Shown in pieces: positions 13,462 through 28,955 of a stretch of DNA of 64,000 bases. The position numbers were made by a program, and so were the translations under genes. Positions within the stretch are counted from its first letter, which is position 1, and every line of letters starts with the position of its first letter. Where the stretch lies: contig MCFH01000009.1 of assembly GCA_002104945.1 (NCBI GenBank), forward strand, positions 992,001 to 1,056,000. Direction: 5' to 3'. The notes under the pieces are model-generated. The model worked only from the letters and a program-made list of their open reading frames with translations, did no database searches and was not told the DNA's origin. Source of the DNA: Piromyces finnis finn (taxonomy: Eukaryota; Fungi; Neocallimastigomycota).

Positions 13462-16400
13462 TAGATATTAATATAAATCTATTTATTTTTATAAAATTTA
13501 ATTATATTTATTAAAAAATAACAAAAATATATTTATTTTGAGATATTAAAACAGCACTATATACTAAAAACTTGACACAATAGTAATAACAAGCTAAAAA
13601 TAAATAAATAAATAAATAATGCGATATTAAAAAGGGAATGTATTTTACATTGATAAAAACTATATAAATATTATAATTTTTATATATAATATTAAAACAT
13701 AAGAAACTTTTAAAAAAAATTTTTTTCTCTTATTTTAAATTTTTTACTTCATAAATTTTATATAATTATAATTATATATTATATATTAATCTACATTTAA
13801 ATAAATAAAAATGTAATATAAATGTAATGTAAAAATAAATTATTAATAATAATAATTGATTTATAAATAATGATTATGATTAAATAATATTATAATAAAA
13901 TATCTACTATTTTTAAACTGTATTATGTATAATAGTATTAATATTATTAATAAAAAAACTAATAAATATAATGAATTGTTTTTATTATCCTCAAATAAAA
14001 AGATAAAAAAAAAGTTGCAAATGTATTTATTATTTCTAATTGTTTTAAAATTGTTCTATTAAGGATTAGGTATCACACAAAATTTAAAATAATATTATAT
14101 AATTCTAATTAATATTACTACATCATATTTTCCATTTTAAATCAAACAATTATATATTTTATTTTAAGTCTTAATTATCTTTAATGTCGTTTATCATTTA
14201 ATGAAAGTAAAAATCAACACTAATAAGCTAATAGTTATACGAAAGTAAATTAAAAAGAAAATTTATTAATAAGTATTCCAAAATGAATATAATTTTACTT
14301 ATATTCATTTGATTATAATAATTAAGAAATAATCATGTATTGAATAGAGATGAAAAAAAGGCTTTCTTTTTTTTTTTCTCATATATGATTCCATATATAT
14401 TATTATTACCATTCAATCTCGTATCATAATTTATTTTTTATCTTACCTAGTAACTTTAAGGATCTTAATAACAGTAGGAAAAGTACTTACAGAATATTAA
14501 TCACTGTAACCATAAATTACGTTTAATATATAAGCAATAATAAGAAAAAGTTAACAAATCTACATTATAAAAATATAAAAAAAGATGATTCCCTTTAAGA
14601 CAATTGCTTTCCACTACTTAATACTTAAAATTTAATATATTTTCCTCTGAAAAATATATAAAATTAATTAAAATTAAAATTTACTTCATACATTCTCCAA
14701 GTTATTTGAAGTGCTAAAACTTATTATGTAGTAAAAACTTTAAAAAAATATTATTAAAAATAAATGAATTGTTAATAAATTTTTAGTTTTATAGAACTCA
14801 ATAGATAAAAATGGATAGCTTAAAAATATAAAAAATATAAAATAACATATATATATTAGATTAAATTATATTAAACTGGTTCAACAACTTTAACAATTTT
14901 ATTTATATTTAATTATCGGTTTTTATGGCGGATAAGTTAATATTAATAATATTTTTTTATTATTTTAGATTAGAAAAAATTTAAGTGTATACATATCTTT
15001 TAATTACAGAAAATACTTTGAAATCATTTTTTAATTAGTAAAAATATGAAACATAGTATATCGAAAAAATAAATATTAAAAAAATCAAAATAAATATAAT
15101 TAAACATAAATAATTTGGTGCAATGTATTATAGTAATTTTAATTAAAAGAAAAGATTACTATTAAATAAAATTATAATAATTATAATAATTATAATTAAC
15201 CTCAAATACGATAAAGAATCAAAACAGAAAAATATCATTAAGCCGGTCTACTGGCCAGTATTACTATTCCTTTAACATTAATTCTATTGTTACTTTAAAT
15301 CTTCTGATATTAACCATTGTTTTTCAATAATATAAGTCATAAATTTACCAGTGATTGACAAAAAATGAAGATTCTTCATAGATTGTATAATTTAATTTAT
15401 TTTGCAAATGATGGTTTAATAAAACTACTAATGTTTTCTTAAATTTACTATCAAAAAGGGCTAGGTAAAAAAGTTATATATTAAATAAATGTAGAAAGTT
15501 CTAAAGTCTAAAGATAAAAGTTTATCATTACTACAAAATGAATAGACATGAAAGCTGCATTTATATCCATTATTGAGATTACTTTCCATTGTTAGTTAAT
15601 TTCCTTAGTATATTTAATTCTAAATTTAAAAGATACTTTAGTCCAAGAATAATATGAATAATTAGGCGCTGCAAGAATGCTATGAAAAATATCTTTAATA
15701 ATTTGATCTTTTCATATAACAAAGCAAAGCATCTTACTTAATAACTATTATGGATACTTTTAAAAGAAGATATCCTTAGATCCTTAATAAAAATATGTAG
15801 TATCGTAGTATGATAAATGAATTTACTTGTTTGTATAAGAAATAATTATTAAAAACTATAAATACTCCATCCTAAGGTTGTAGTATTAGTTAACAATAAT
15901 ACTTTAAACTATATTTTCAAGACAGTAGAAATTTATTTACTGAAGATAAAGCATTCAAAAAAGTAATTATTATTATTATTATTAATAGGGTAATTATATA
16001 TATATTTTTTAACGACATCAAATATTTTTAAACTTTATTATTACTTTAATTAAAATTATAATACATGTAATAAAAAAAAGAGGGTAATTATATTATTATA
16101 TTATCTTAAAAATACAGTGAAAATATAAAATAGACAATTTAAAATTTTGTTACGAACATTTATATACATATTTTTTTTTTAGATTTCGTGTATTTATTTT
16201 ACACAATTTATATTAGGTAATACTTATTGATACTTACTGATAGTATTTACAAAATAAATATTAAAAATAATTAAAATATATAAATTATATTTAACTCAAT
16301 AAACTATATACATAATATATTCTTTTGAAAAATTTAAAAAAATAAGACCTTATTATCTATTTATTAAAATTATGACTATAATTAAAGATCAAACTTTACT

Positions 16401-16657
16401 TATTTAGAAAATATTCAACATACCTATAAATAAATTATAATTCCATCTGTTTTAACAAAAATTCAATAAATTTTAATTACTGCAAAATTTTCTACCATTA
16501 AACATTAGCAATAATCGCTTACTTCCAATTTTCTCATTTCTATTTTAAATAAATTATTCTCTTATTATTTACAATTATTTCACACTTAATTATCGATTTT
16601 TATTTGACTTTATACTTTATTTAAATATAATTTAAAATTATTCAATTTTAATTACAT

Positions 16658-17080
16658 TTATTGCTTGTTGAAGTGTTGAAGGATAACATTCATAGCTTCA
16701 CTGTCTTCACCGTAGTTCTTAACAACAACACAAGAACAACCAACAACCTTACGTGGGTTACCATCACGATCGATCTTGCAGAGACCAGCCCATTCACCTA
16801 ACTTCTTGGCATCAGAAATCTTGATGAGATTGATGTTGTGTTCGTTACATAAAGCTTCAACAAGCTTAACGTATTCCTTTTCGGTACAGCTTTCGACAAG
16901 GACACAAAGAGAAGCTTCACGTCTGTCTAAAGCCTTAACACATTCTCTTAAACCTCTAGCGAGACCATCGTGGATAAGAGCCTTCTTAAGGACATCTTGA
17001 AGGGCTTGTTCAATGGTCATACCAGCTTGAGATGGAGCGTTAGCTTCAACTTGAACAGGAGTGGCTTCTTCGGCAGACAT
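16658..17080 (-). CDS. RPS12: 40S ribosomal protein S12 (eS12); probable 5'-UTR intron ~17091-17317
   Basis: [36 protein letters not shown]...[28 protein letters not shown]. Strong C/G-ending codon bias. A GTATGT donor and TTTTAG acceptor lie upstream of the ATG. Confidence 0.98.
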   Translation of the reverse strand: MSAEEATPVQVEANAPSQAGMTIEQALQDVLKKALIHDGLARGLRECVKALDRREASLCVLVESCTEKEYVKLVEALCNEHNINLIKISDAKKLGEWAGLCKIDRDGNPRKVVGCSCVVVKNYGEDSEAMNVILQHFNKQ

Positions 17081-17540
17081 TTTAATATACTAAAAGTATC
17101 AATAATAATAAATAATATTTATTAATAATTTGCATTATTTAATACAATTTTTAAATATATTCATCCATCCATCCATATATTTATTAAATAACAATTAATA
17201 TTATAACAATTCATCATACAACCTTAAAAGTTATATCATGAACTCTTATTATACTTAATCCATTATTAATTAATATTTAAAATCAACAAAAATTCGATTA
17301 TTTTCATAATTACATACTTTTTGATGATTTAGTCAAAAGGAGAGAGTAATTTAATTTATTAAAAAAAATTCTTTTTATTAACAATGAACCAACCAATCAA
17401 ATTTGATTATTTTAATATTTCTTAACATCCAATTTACAATAATTTTGTAATATAGATTAAGAGAAAAATTTAAGGTGAATTATATATTAAAAAATTAATT
17501 AAAAGCAAAACCTTTATATATTTAAAGATATTATTTAAAA

Positions 17541-19861
17541 ATGTCGGATTCAATTAAAAATAAAGGTTTAGTTGAAAAGAAAAAAAATGAAAAACCACAA
17601 GAAGAAGAACATTTAAATCAGCAAAATAGAAAGGAAAATGAGAATAAGAAAAATACTTTAAAAGATTTAATTCCAACAATTGCAAGAATGTTATTTTTCT
17701 TTTTTATGTATAAAATGATGTGTAAATATTTTTGTTATAATATAATAATTCCATATTATTAGATATTTATTTATTTATTTATTATTAATAATGATAATAA
17801 TTCTAATAATAAGCTGGATATGCACAGAAAAAAGTAAATCAGCAAAGTACAGTTACAAATCCACCTTATTCAACAAATGATAACATTAATCAAAATTCAA
17901 ATAGTGCTACTAAACAAACAAACAATTATATTATTAAAAATATTTGGAGGACTAACGAAAATACTAGAGCTGTAATATTCTTAAAAATTTAACAATTTTT
18001 TGAAAGAGCAAAATAGTTAATTTATAAATATTAAACATTAATATAATAATATAGGATTTCTACGCTTATTTATCAGAAAGTGAGGTTTTTCAAGACTTTG
18101 ACAATGAGGATAAATTATTGTGGAAAATTGATAATATAAAATTTAATGATTGGAATGAGATTTATACAAAAGAATTTAATATTGAACTCCCAGATGTATA
18201 TATTAGATATAATATAATATAGTTATGTATATTATTAAATATATTAAATTATTAAATTTATAAATATAATAGAATGTCTTAAATAATGGTACTTATTACA
18301 TTCATGCTTATTTTACTGAAAGTGGAAATTCTCCAAATTCAAGAAGTCCAAAATTCAATAGTAAAAAAATTGCATACAATAAAAAATGTAAAATCGCATT
18401 TTTAATATATACATTATTTATAAAGATAATATTAATGTTATTAATGTTTATTCCATTGTATTCTTGTTTTATGTTTTTAGTATTAACAAAATATAAGAAG
18501 AAGAAGAAGGTTGTAATTAAGAAAAAACTCTTTTCAAAAGATAATGAAGAAAATAATGAGCAAAAAGAAATTGAAATAAAAGTAATATAAATTAGTAATT
18601 ACAATTTTAGTTTAAATTCTATTGTTTTCATATTTTTAATAAATCAGTGAATATTTATTTATTATTAGAAAAATCAAAACAATGAAGAAGATTTAATTAT
18701 TTCATACTGGAATCCAGAATTAAATATTAATTATCTCCCAGATACTCATAGCATTGATATAACCAAATTACAAATGGATATGTATAAAGGTAATTATATA
18801 TATTTATTAAATTTTTTTATTGTTGATGTTATTTATATATTTACATTATTATAAATAAAAATAAAGATCTTTTACTTGCTGACAAAGGGAAAAAATATCA
18901 TCCAATTGTATATATGAATGATTTTTGGCAATTGGCAGAGCATGAACTTGAAATTAACAAAACCTCAAAGTATTATTTTTTTCTTAATATCAAATAATAA
19001 ATTAAATATTCATAAAAATAAAAGCTTAATTAAAAATATTAACAATAATTATTAAAACAGAAATCTTCCATTAAAGCTTAGTGTTTATCCTATCACATTT
19101 ATAAAATATCAACTTTATGTTTCCATGGATTACTCATTTAAAGTAAATTCAGAAATGATGGGAGGATCTTCAGATAAAAATGAATTTGATGAAATTAAGG
19201 TAAATTTAAAATGAATTTATTTTTAATTTATAAAGGAAATTTTCAATGAAATAAAACATTAAATAAAATATTTTATTACTATAGAGAATGCTACGTGAAA
19301 CTAACCCAATCTTATTAGGAGTAACATTTACTGTATCAATAGTTCACTCAATTTTCGACTTTCTTGCATTCAGTAATGGTATGATATTTACATATATAGC
19401 AAATTTTAAAATATATTTTGATAATAAAATTATTAAAATTAAAATATATGACAGATGTTAAATTCTGGAAAGAAAGGAAAGATATGGTTGGATTGTCTTT
19501 CAGATCATTGGTTATGAATATTTTCACCCAAACTGTTATCTTCCTTTATTTGTTAGATAATGAAACAAGTTGGATGGTAATTATAAGTAATGCAGTTGGT
19601 TTAGTTATTGAAATTTGGAAAATCCATAAAGTTGTTAATATTAAAGTAAGTGATATTTATAAAAATAAAGAATCATAGAAATAAAATATATATATATATA
19701 TAATAATTATTTATTTATTAATTATTTTTATTTAATTGAAGATTGATACCTCTAGAACAGTACCAAAAATTAAATTCGAGACTCGTGTTAAAAACGAGAA
19801 AGTTGATAAAACAAATGAATATGATGTTGTATGTAAAATAATATTTTTAAATTAAATTAAT

Positions 19862-19952
<91 letters not shown>

Positions 19953-20490
19953 GGAAGCATTTAAATATTTCCAATATCTCATGTGGCCACTTCTTGTTGG
20001 TTACATAATTTATTCATTAATATATGAAGAATACAAAAGTTGGTACTCATTTATCATTAGTACCCTTGTAGGATTCGTCTATATGTTTGGTAAATCTTTA
20101 ATTTTATAAATATATAAATATATATATATTATTTATACATTTATTTCAATAAATAATATAGGGTTTTTGGCACTTCTTCCACAATTATTTATTAATTATA
20201 AATTAAAATCAGTTGAGCATATGCCATGGAAATCATTTATGTATAAAGCATTAAATACATTTATAGGTACTATTTTAGAAAGATAAATAATAAATATAAT
20301 ATTAAAAACATTTTAATCATTAATATTATAATAAATTATTAAATGGTTCAATATATATAAGATGATTTGTTTGCATTCTGTATTAAGATGCCAACTCTTC
20401 ATAGAATTGCATGTTTACGTGATGATGTAGTCTTTTTCGTTTACTTGTATCAAAGGTAATATACTGATTATTTTAATTATAATAGCGCTG

Positions 20491-20538
<48 letters not shown>

Positions 20539-20729
20539 TATATTATATTATATTTAAAAAATATAAATTATAAAATCAATTATTTAGATGGATTTATCCT
20601 GTAGATCATTCAAGAAGAAATGAATTTGGACAAGTTGATGAAAAAGCTCTAAAAGAAAAATTAGAAAAAGAACATAAAGCAGTAGAAAACGAAACAAATA
20701 TTGAAAATGAAACAAAGAAAACAAAATAA
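17541..20729 (+). CDS. CLPTM1: CLPTM1-family membrane protein (lipid scramblase family), multi-exon
   Basis: ETNPILLGVTFTVSIVHSIFDFLAF, WKERKDMVGLSFRS, PQLFINYKLKSVEHMPWKSFMYKALNTF, DDLFAFCIKMPTLHRIACLRDDVVFFVYLYQ, WIYPVDHSRRNEFGQ. Stop at 20727-20729. The first splice junction is uncertain. Confidence 0.93.
19863..19951. repeat. (AAT)n microsatellite (~29-30 units) inside a CLPTM1 intron, ending at the AG acceptor
   Basis: Directly visible; the exon resumes at 19954 (GAA GCA TTT AAA). Confidence 0.9.
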
Positions 20730-22232
20730 ATTGTTAAAAAAAATATATATAAAATATATAAACATCAAATATTTTAATCTCATAATTAAAATAAATAAAA
20801 TAAAATGAAATATAAATATTTGTAATAAATAATAAAAAATGAAAAAATAAATAAAAAAAATTTAATGAAATAAAATAAAATAAATTGGTATTTAAAAATT
20901 AAACAATTATCTTTTAATATATATTCATTTAGTAAAGAAACAATATATAAAAAATATTGTATGCAATTTAATTAAATTATATAGAGTGAAAAATTATTTC
21001 TTTATTTTAAAGTTTAATAATCAGCAAGTTATCTATGACTATGTAATTACAAATACAGTTTAAGATTATATAATTATTATATAATTATTATATATTATTA
21101 ATTTATAAAATGAAACTGAAACTATTAAAATTCAGATTTTTTTTTATTTTCATTTAAATATATATATTATTACTTCCAAGGTTGATAATTTTGAAACCTT
21201 TTCTTTGAAATATACCGTTTTATATTATTCATAATTCTTATTTTCTGTAATAATTGCATGAAATATTTATATATATATTTAGAAAATACTAAGCTATTAA
21301 AATTTAAAGATATTATAGTGTAAAAGTTTATTATTTTTTATCAGTAATATTATTTATAATTCAATTTGGAAAAATAAAGATATTTTTATAATACCATAAA
21401 AATATTTAATAATATTGTATGACTTAACCACCACCAGCAGAATTAAAAATATTCATTTTATTTTTCAATATTAATCAATAAAAACATATTTATATATATA
21501 ATAGAGATATATTGCTTATTGAAAATTGATACAAATATCACTATATTTTCTATTTTAAATATAATTAAATATTAAAAAATCAGCATCTTCATGTTAAAAA
21601 TAAAACATTTTAATAAATATTTGTAGTGGTAAATTATTTTTCTAACCCTATAGCTAAAAAACATACACTTTAATATATAATCACGTGTTATTATTGAAAT
21701 ACAATTAAGATTAATATATATAATATATAAGTATTAATTTATGGTGAATTATATATATATATAAAAAAGAATTAATAATGATATAATGAAATGCTAAATT
21801 TTAGTGTGACACAAGTTATTTGGATAATTGTTGAAACGAATGTTTTTTTTTTTTTTTTTTTTACAGAAGGTAATATTGAAATTAATTTAAAAATATCAAA
21901 TTATAAATAATATTTTATTTCAATTAATACTGTTATTGTTGATTTAATATCAGGTTTACATTCAGGATTGATTTTTAAGATATATGATATTTTATTATTC
22001 AATTTTTTTTTTTTTTTTTAATCATTTGATAAATTTAAAATTAAAAAATTTTATTAATTATTAACCTATTAAGTTTAAATTTCGAAATTATTAATAAAAA
22101 AACTAATTTAATTAATTATTATTAAATTATAAATAAAAAGAAATCTTAAAATTTCATGTTATAAATGATGTTAATTAAATTAATGAAATAATAATAAAAT
22201 ATATTTACATATATAATTATTGATTATTAAGA

Positions 22233-23794
22233 ATGTCTTTCATTGAATTAAGCAATAATTTATTAAAAGAATTTAATTATGATGAACAAACTATATTATT
22301 AAAAAAACTATTATTAATACCTTATCCTATTCCAGATATACCACAAGAAAATGTATAAATCATTTTAATTTACTACAAAAAAAAAACAAAAAAAAAGTTA
22401 TTTATTTATTTTTTTTATTTGTTTGTTTATATTCATGAGCCTTTTTATAACAGATTAATAAATAATAATAATAATAATAAATATTAATTTTATTTAAATC
22501 TAGGTAATTTTACTGTTAAGATATGGTATTAAAGAATTTAATGTTTCAAATATTGAAAATAATATATACTTCTATAAATTAATAAGTTTATTATTTTCAA
22601 AAAGACAAGTATGGATTTCAATATGTGATAATTAATATTATTTATTGGAAATGCCTTTTATTAATATTTTTATATTTTAATTAAAATTTTTAAATGAATT
22701 ATTTAACAAATTATTTATCAAGCTAAAATTTAGTACAAATCATAATATAATCAATGAAATAATTCATTACTTATTAACAAATTTTGGTAAAAATAAAAAA
22801 GAACAAATCGAAAATTTAAAAGCTTTAAGTTTTGTTTTATATGAAAATGGAAGCTTTTGCGAGAAAGTAAATCTTAATATTAAATCTTAATAATAAAATA
22901 TTAATTACAAAATTAAGATTAATTATTTTACTTTTTATTTTTTGAAATAAAAGTATTATGAAACATTAATTAATAAATTAGTTTGTTTAGCGAATAAAAA
23001 TGATTTACCTGGACTTGAAATAAAGCGTCTTGCTATCATATCATTAGGGAATTTATGTTTTAAAACGGGTTCAAAATTAGACTCTTCTCAATATAAAACA
23101 ATTTATAATACTATATATAATCATATTATAAATAATCAAAATAATATATCTTTAAATCAAAGCAAAGTAATATTAGTATTTAATTTTAATATCAAATATT
23201 TTTTCATAAATAAGATATATTAATATAATATTATATTATAATATAGATAATTAATAGCTCATTAAGAGTATATCAAATTATGATTTCAGAAGATAAAGAA
23301 ATATTGGCTAAATCAAAAAATAATTTAATATATTTATACAATTTTATATTTAATGGTAATTTTTATTAAAAACATTAATATTAAATTATAGTAATATAAG
23401 TAAAATAACAACAACAACAACAACAACAATAATAATAGTAATAATATATATATATATTAAAATATATTTGTATAAGATTATAAAAGTATAGGAAAACGTG
23501 ATTCAAATACTAAGTTAAATATATATAATAGTAATAATAATTCAAACATGTCGATATCATACATAGTTCAATCAGATTCTGAAATATCAGATAGTGATTA
23601 TTATAGTAATTCAAGGTATGAAATACATTTCATTATACTATTTTAATTTAAATTGATGTATTAACAATAGTAAATTCATAAATAACAAACAAACAAATAA
23701 TATTGTGATTTATAGGGTTAAAATTGATAATTATAATAAAATTAAATTAAATGCGTTATACTGTTTACAAGCAATTATAAAGGTAATATAATTA

Positions 23795-23825
<31 letters not shown>

Positions 23826-26800
23826 TTTTTTTTTTAAGTTTATATTAACAAATTAAAAAAAAAAAAAAATCCAATATATATTTATTTTGTTTAAAAGAGT
23901 TCACCGAAGTTATTTTATCCTTATTGGGATATGTTTATTCCGTATGTAAACAATACAAAAAAATCACTACTAACTTTAGTTCAAAATGATCCAGTTCCTC
24001 AGGTTCGAGCTACAGCTATTACTACATTAACTTGTATGGTTGATGGAGCTAAGCCATATTTAGCTGTTGCAACAGATTCGTAAGACAATATAAATATCTA
24101 GTTGATAATTATATAATATTAATTTAAAAATATTTTTTATTACTAGACATTTGAAAACAAATTTCTTGTCTCTTTCAGAACGTTTAGGAATACAAATAGA
24201 TTTATTACATAATGGTTTGATCCATGCATTAAAAACAGAAAATAATATATCAATTTTAAATTTGATAATTAAAGTAATATTAAATTTTTAAATATATAAT
24301 ATAATAACAATAACATTTCAATTATAATTTATTGATAATTTATAAATTTAGTGTATATATATATTAGTACAAAATTCATCTTATAATAAAATATCAACAA
24401 ATTATCCTGTTATAATTAGGGATAATATGGTTCCATTAATATTTCATGATGGTAAGCATTTTTTAAAAGTTAACCCAATATAATAGTTATAAATTTAAAA
24501 TAAATAATTATAAAATAATATATATATTATATCAATAAAATATATGAATTAAAATATTAGATGATAAAATTAAAGAATCAGCATTACATTGTATTAACAT
24601 ATTATTGGATTCTCAGTTTGATTCTCGTTTTTTAACCAAAGATCTCGATATACCAAAAGAACTTTTAAAATCTTTTGAAAATATAATAATTTTTAAAGAA
24701 AAAAATAGTTACACAATTATAAATACTATTATTTCGTTGATTAAAAAAGCAGAATCAAACATTGTAAAAGCTGAAAGTTATTCAATAATTTCTACAATTG
24801 CAAAACATGATGTTGAAATAATAAAGTAATTTTAAGGCCAATCAATCTAATTCAATATTATTTTATATGTAATTTTTAATAACAAATGCATTTTTTCATT
24901 TTTTCTTATTCTAATTTTATTGAAATGTAATAACAGAGAAAATTGGAATATCATTAAAGAACTTATTGATTCTGGACTTAATGATAATAACGAATTAATA
25001 AAAATAAATACTCTGAAAGTATTAGAATCATATACCCAGGCTATTAATTTAAATTATGATCAGTGGCGAGAAATCGTAAGATATATATTAATTTTATTAA
25101 TTTATATATCAATGATATTTAAAAATCATGTAATATCAATTTGATTATATATTTATATTTTTATTTAATTATTATTATTATTATTATTTTTAATAATAAA
25201 GTTTACTCTAGATTGGTGGGAAGATATCATAAGTTATTTTTTAACTCAAATAAATAATGATAATGCAATTATTAGAGCAACTTCTTGTGATTGTATATCA
25301 AATATCCCTGAAATAATCTTTGAACAAATGAATGTAACTATTTTTATTACTAAAAAAATTAATATATATCATGATTAACTTGTATATATAATGTCTACCA
25401 AAATAGAAATTAAAACAAATACCATGCATCACAATTCCTCTCAATCATTCTCAAAATGATAGAAATTTCAATGTTAGAGCTGCCGCTTGTCGTACATTGG
25501 GAACTCTTATTACTTATAAATTCTTAAGCAATGTTTGTACTCTTTTTTTTTTAACTTTATTTTAATTAAGATATTCATTTTAAATTATTAATGTACAATA
25601 TTTAATATGTAGGATACAATGTTTATTATTGATGTAGCATCAACAATCCAAGATACAATAAAAGATAATAATTTGATTGTTAGAATAAGATCAAGTTGGC
25701 TCTATGGTAACTTTTGTGATAATTTAATATTTATAAGGTAAAAGCTTACTAACAATAAATATTAAAAAAATAGAATAATTATTATTTGAGAAAATATTAA
25801 TAATTATTTAATAAATTTTTAATCACTAAAAAGTGATAGCCAAGAAAGTGTATCTATATTAAATGAATGGTTTAACAATAATATGATTAAAAACTTATTA
25901 GAATCAGGAATATCAGCAGCAAAAGATAATGATAAAGTAATATTTTTTTCTTTCTCAAAAATGTTTTTTTTTATTATTATTATTTATATTGAAGTTAAAT
26001 TTTATTTACAATAAAAAAAAATAGTGTAGAGCAAGTGCTCTAAGAGGATTGGGTGGAATAGTAAGAATTTGTCCAAAAGATTTTATAAATAGTCAAATAA
26101 ATAATATTATTAAAGAAGTTGTTCTTGTGACTAAAAAAAATGCAGAAACTGGCTCAGTTAAAGTAATTTTTTGATGTTTATTAAGATTATATAAAATTAT
26201 AAAAGTGTTAATATATCAAATATTTACATCTCTAACTATAAAAAATATGTTTACAAAATCATATTAATAAATAAATATAAATAAATATTATTATTGCTTA
26301 TATATATAATATTTATTTCATAGATTAGGTGGAATTCATGTCATTCAATTTGCAATATGTTCAAAAATAAAAATTTTCCTATTGGAAAAGCATTATGGAC
26401 ATCACCATTAATAATGTCATTATTGAAGTCGATTAAGAATTGTAGAAACTTTAAGGTTAGAATTAATGCTACAAATGCTTTAATAGAACTTAAAGTAAAA
26501 GAACAATATGGAAACAATGATCTTATTAAAAATACACTTGAATGTGTTTTAAGTTCATTAGAAAACATTGATGATTTGGCTAATACAAGATATGGTGAAT
26601 ATAAATATCAGCAACAATTAAAAGAAAAGGTAAATAAATAATAAATCATATATATATATAAATCTTTATTAACATCATTATTATAGCTGTATATTCTTTT
26701 GGATATCGTAATGAATATTTTTTCTGAAATTTCCGATGAGAATTCCGAAGAAATAAAATCATATAACAATAGAATTAATAATATCAAACAATCACAAGAA

Positions 26801-26881
26801 ATGGAAGAATTAATTTCTAAAAACCCTGCTAAATTTTATGAAGATTTCTTAGATACACATAAGGATGAATATAATAAATAA
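22233..26881 (+). CDS. HEATR6: HEAT repeat-containing protein 6 homologue, multi-exon
   Basis: NDPVPQVRATAITTLTCMVDGAKPYLAVA, FLSLSERLG, RATSCDCISNI, VRAAACRTLG, VRIRSSWLYGN, DNDK-CRASALRGLG, IRWNSCHSICNMFKN, NCRNFKVRINATNAL. Confidence 0.85.
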
Positions 26882-26915
26882 TAAATAATAATAATAAATA
26901 GAAACTGTATATTAT

Positions 26916-26993
26916 TGATATAATAAAGAAATTATAATTAAAATGTACAATAAATGATATAATAAAGAAATTATAATTAAAATGTACAATAAA
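26916..26993. repeat. Perfect 2 x 39-bp tandem duplication just downstream of HEATR6
   Basis: TGATATAATAAAGAAATTATAATTAAAATGTACAATAAA at 26916-26954 and 26955-26993. Confidence 0.85.
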
Positions 26994-27651
26994 TGAATGT
27001 TCATTTTCTCTATATATTGTTATTATTTCTGGTTAAATAATATTTATAAATAAAAAAATTTTTAATTTTTATTTTAAAATATTAGTAAAAAATTTCATAA
27101 ATTATTATTTATATTAATATTAATAATACTGGAGTAAAAATATCTATATTTAATTTTTAATCAAATCATTTTTTATATGAAATATGAATATATTTATATA
27201 TTACTTTTCCTCCACTAATTTTTAAGAAAATTTTTTTAAAAAAAAAAAAGAATTATATGTGAATATATCATGTGATCAATAATATTTCATTTTATGAAGC
27301 TAAAATTATTACTTCACTAATTCAGAGGTTGGAAAAAAAAATGTTTATGAATTAATAATTATTGTAATAATAGATTTTAGAAAGAACAATAATTGATATT
27401 AATAATTTTAAAAATTAAACAATTTTTTTCTTTCTTTCTTTTTTTTTTTAAAAAAAAAATAAAGAAAAAGCATTTTTATTCAATAAAAATAATAATTTAA
27501 TTAACTTTCTTTTATTCATAAAAAAAATAATAAAGCATTACAATTATATAGAAAGACATCTTTTCTTTTTTCTTTTTCAAATATATTAATTTGTGTATTA
27601 TAAGAAAATAAATAAAGACAAAAAAAAAAAAAAAGTAAATAAATAAATAAG

Positions 27652-28955
27652 ATGGTTTCCAATTCAGCCAATACAAATGAAGTAAATAATAAGAAACAAA
27701 TTAATGGTAATATGGATTCAAATATTGTAGATAAATTTGGTCTTTGTTTTCCAGGTAATTAACATAATACTAAATGGTAACAGTAAGCTATTTCATTAAT
27801 TTTATTAATGAATGAATGTTATTGTTCCTTGAAATATGAAATATATATAGAATATATAATAATATTGGTATATATATTTTTAAATATCATCTTAATTTCT
27901 ATTTTAATAATAATTATTTCTTATATTTATCTTAAAAACCCAAATTTCAAATAATCGAAATACCTATAAATTAATATTAAATAATAAAATAATTAATATG
28001 AATAATTAAAAAAATGGCACTTGAAATTAAATAATATAAACAATACAACATATTAAATCAATTAAGCTGAAGGCACATTAAAACGTAAAAATGAAACAGA
28101 GGAGGAGAAAGAAATAAGATTAAAGCAACTAACCAATGCTGTTACTACTATTTTGCAATGTTTAGGAGAAGATCCAAATCGTGAAGGCTTATTAAAAACA
28201 CCAGAAAGATATGCTAAAGCTTTATTATTTTTTACTGAAGGATATGAAAAGAATATAAATGAAGTAGTTAATAATGCAGTATTTGAAGAAGATCATGATG
28301 GTATGGTCATAGTAAAGGATATTGAAATATTTTCTTTATGTGAACACCATTTGGTACCATTTTCAGGAAAAGTAATTAAAATATAATAATAATATATAAA
28401 TGTGAATGATAATTAATATTTTCATTATATGAATATAATAGATACATATTGCGTATATTCCAAATAAAAAGGTAATTGGTTTGAGTAAGATAGCAAGAAT
28501 TACTGAAATGATTAGTAGAAGATTACAAATACAAGAAAGAATTACAAAGCAAGTTTGTGAAATTCTTGAGGAAGTTTTACAACCAAAAGGTATAGCGGCA
28601 GTAATGGAATCAAGGTGAATATTTCTCAATATATTAATTCACAGATATAATAATTTAAGTATTTTTTTATATTAATCATCTAACAATATTGCCTTTTATA
28701 AATATTATTCCAAAGTCATTATTGTATGGTTATGAGAGGTGTTCAAAAAACTCAATCATGTACTGTTACTTGTCATACCACTGGTATATTTAAAGAAGAC
28801 ATTAAATTAAAGGATGAATTTTTAAGGTATTATTAATTAAATATTATCAATAAGTAATATTATTTATTAAAACTTATTATTCATTTTTATTTTAATATTA
28901 ATTTTATAATTATTTTTTTATTTTTTAATAAATTAATAGTTTGATAAGACATTAG
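27652..28955 (+). CDS. GCH1: GTP cyclohydrolase I (FolE/Fol2 type), 5 exons
   Basis: [69 protein letters not shown]. Stop TAG at 28953-28955. Confidence 0.96.

Noticed and set aside
17091-17317. snoRNA in the RPS12 5'-UTR intron
   Set aside because: No convincing C/D (RUGAUGA/CUGA) or H/ACA boxes were seen.
28716-28830. GCH1 'HYC' and 'TVTC' variants as unusual active-site changes
   Set aside because: The zinc ligands (CEHH, HxC) are intact, and similar variation occurs in bacterial FolE.
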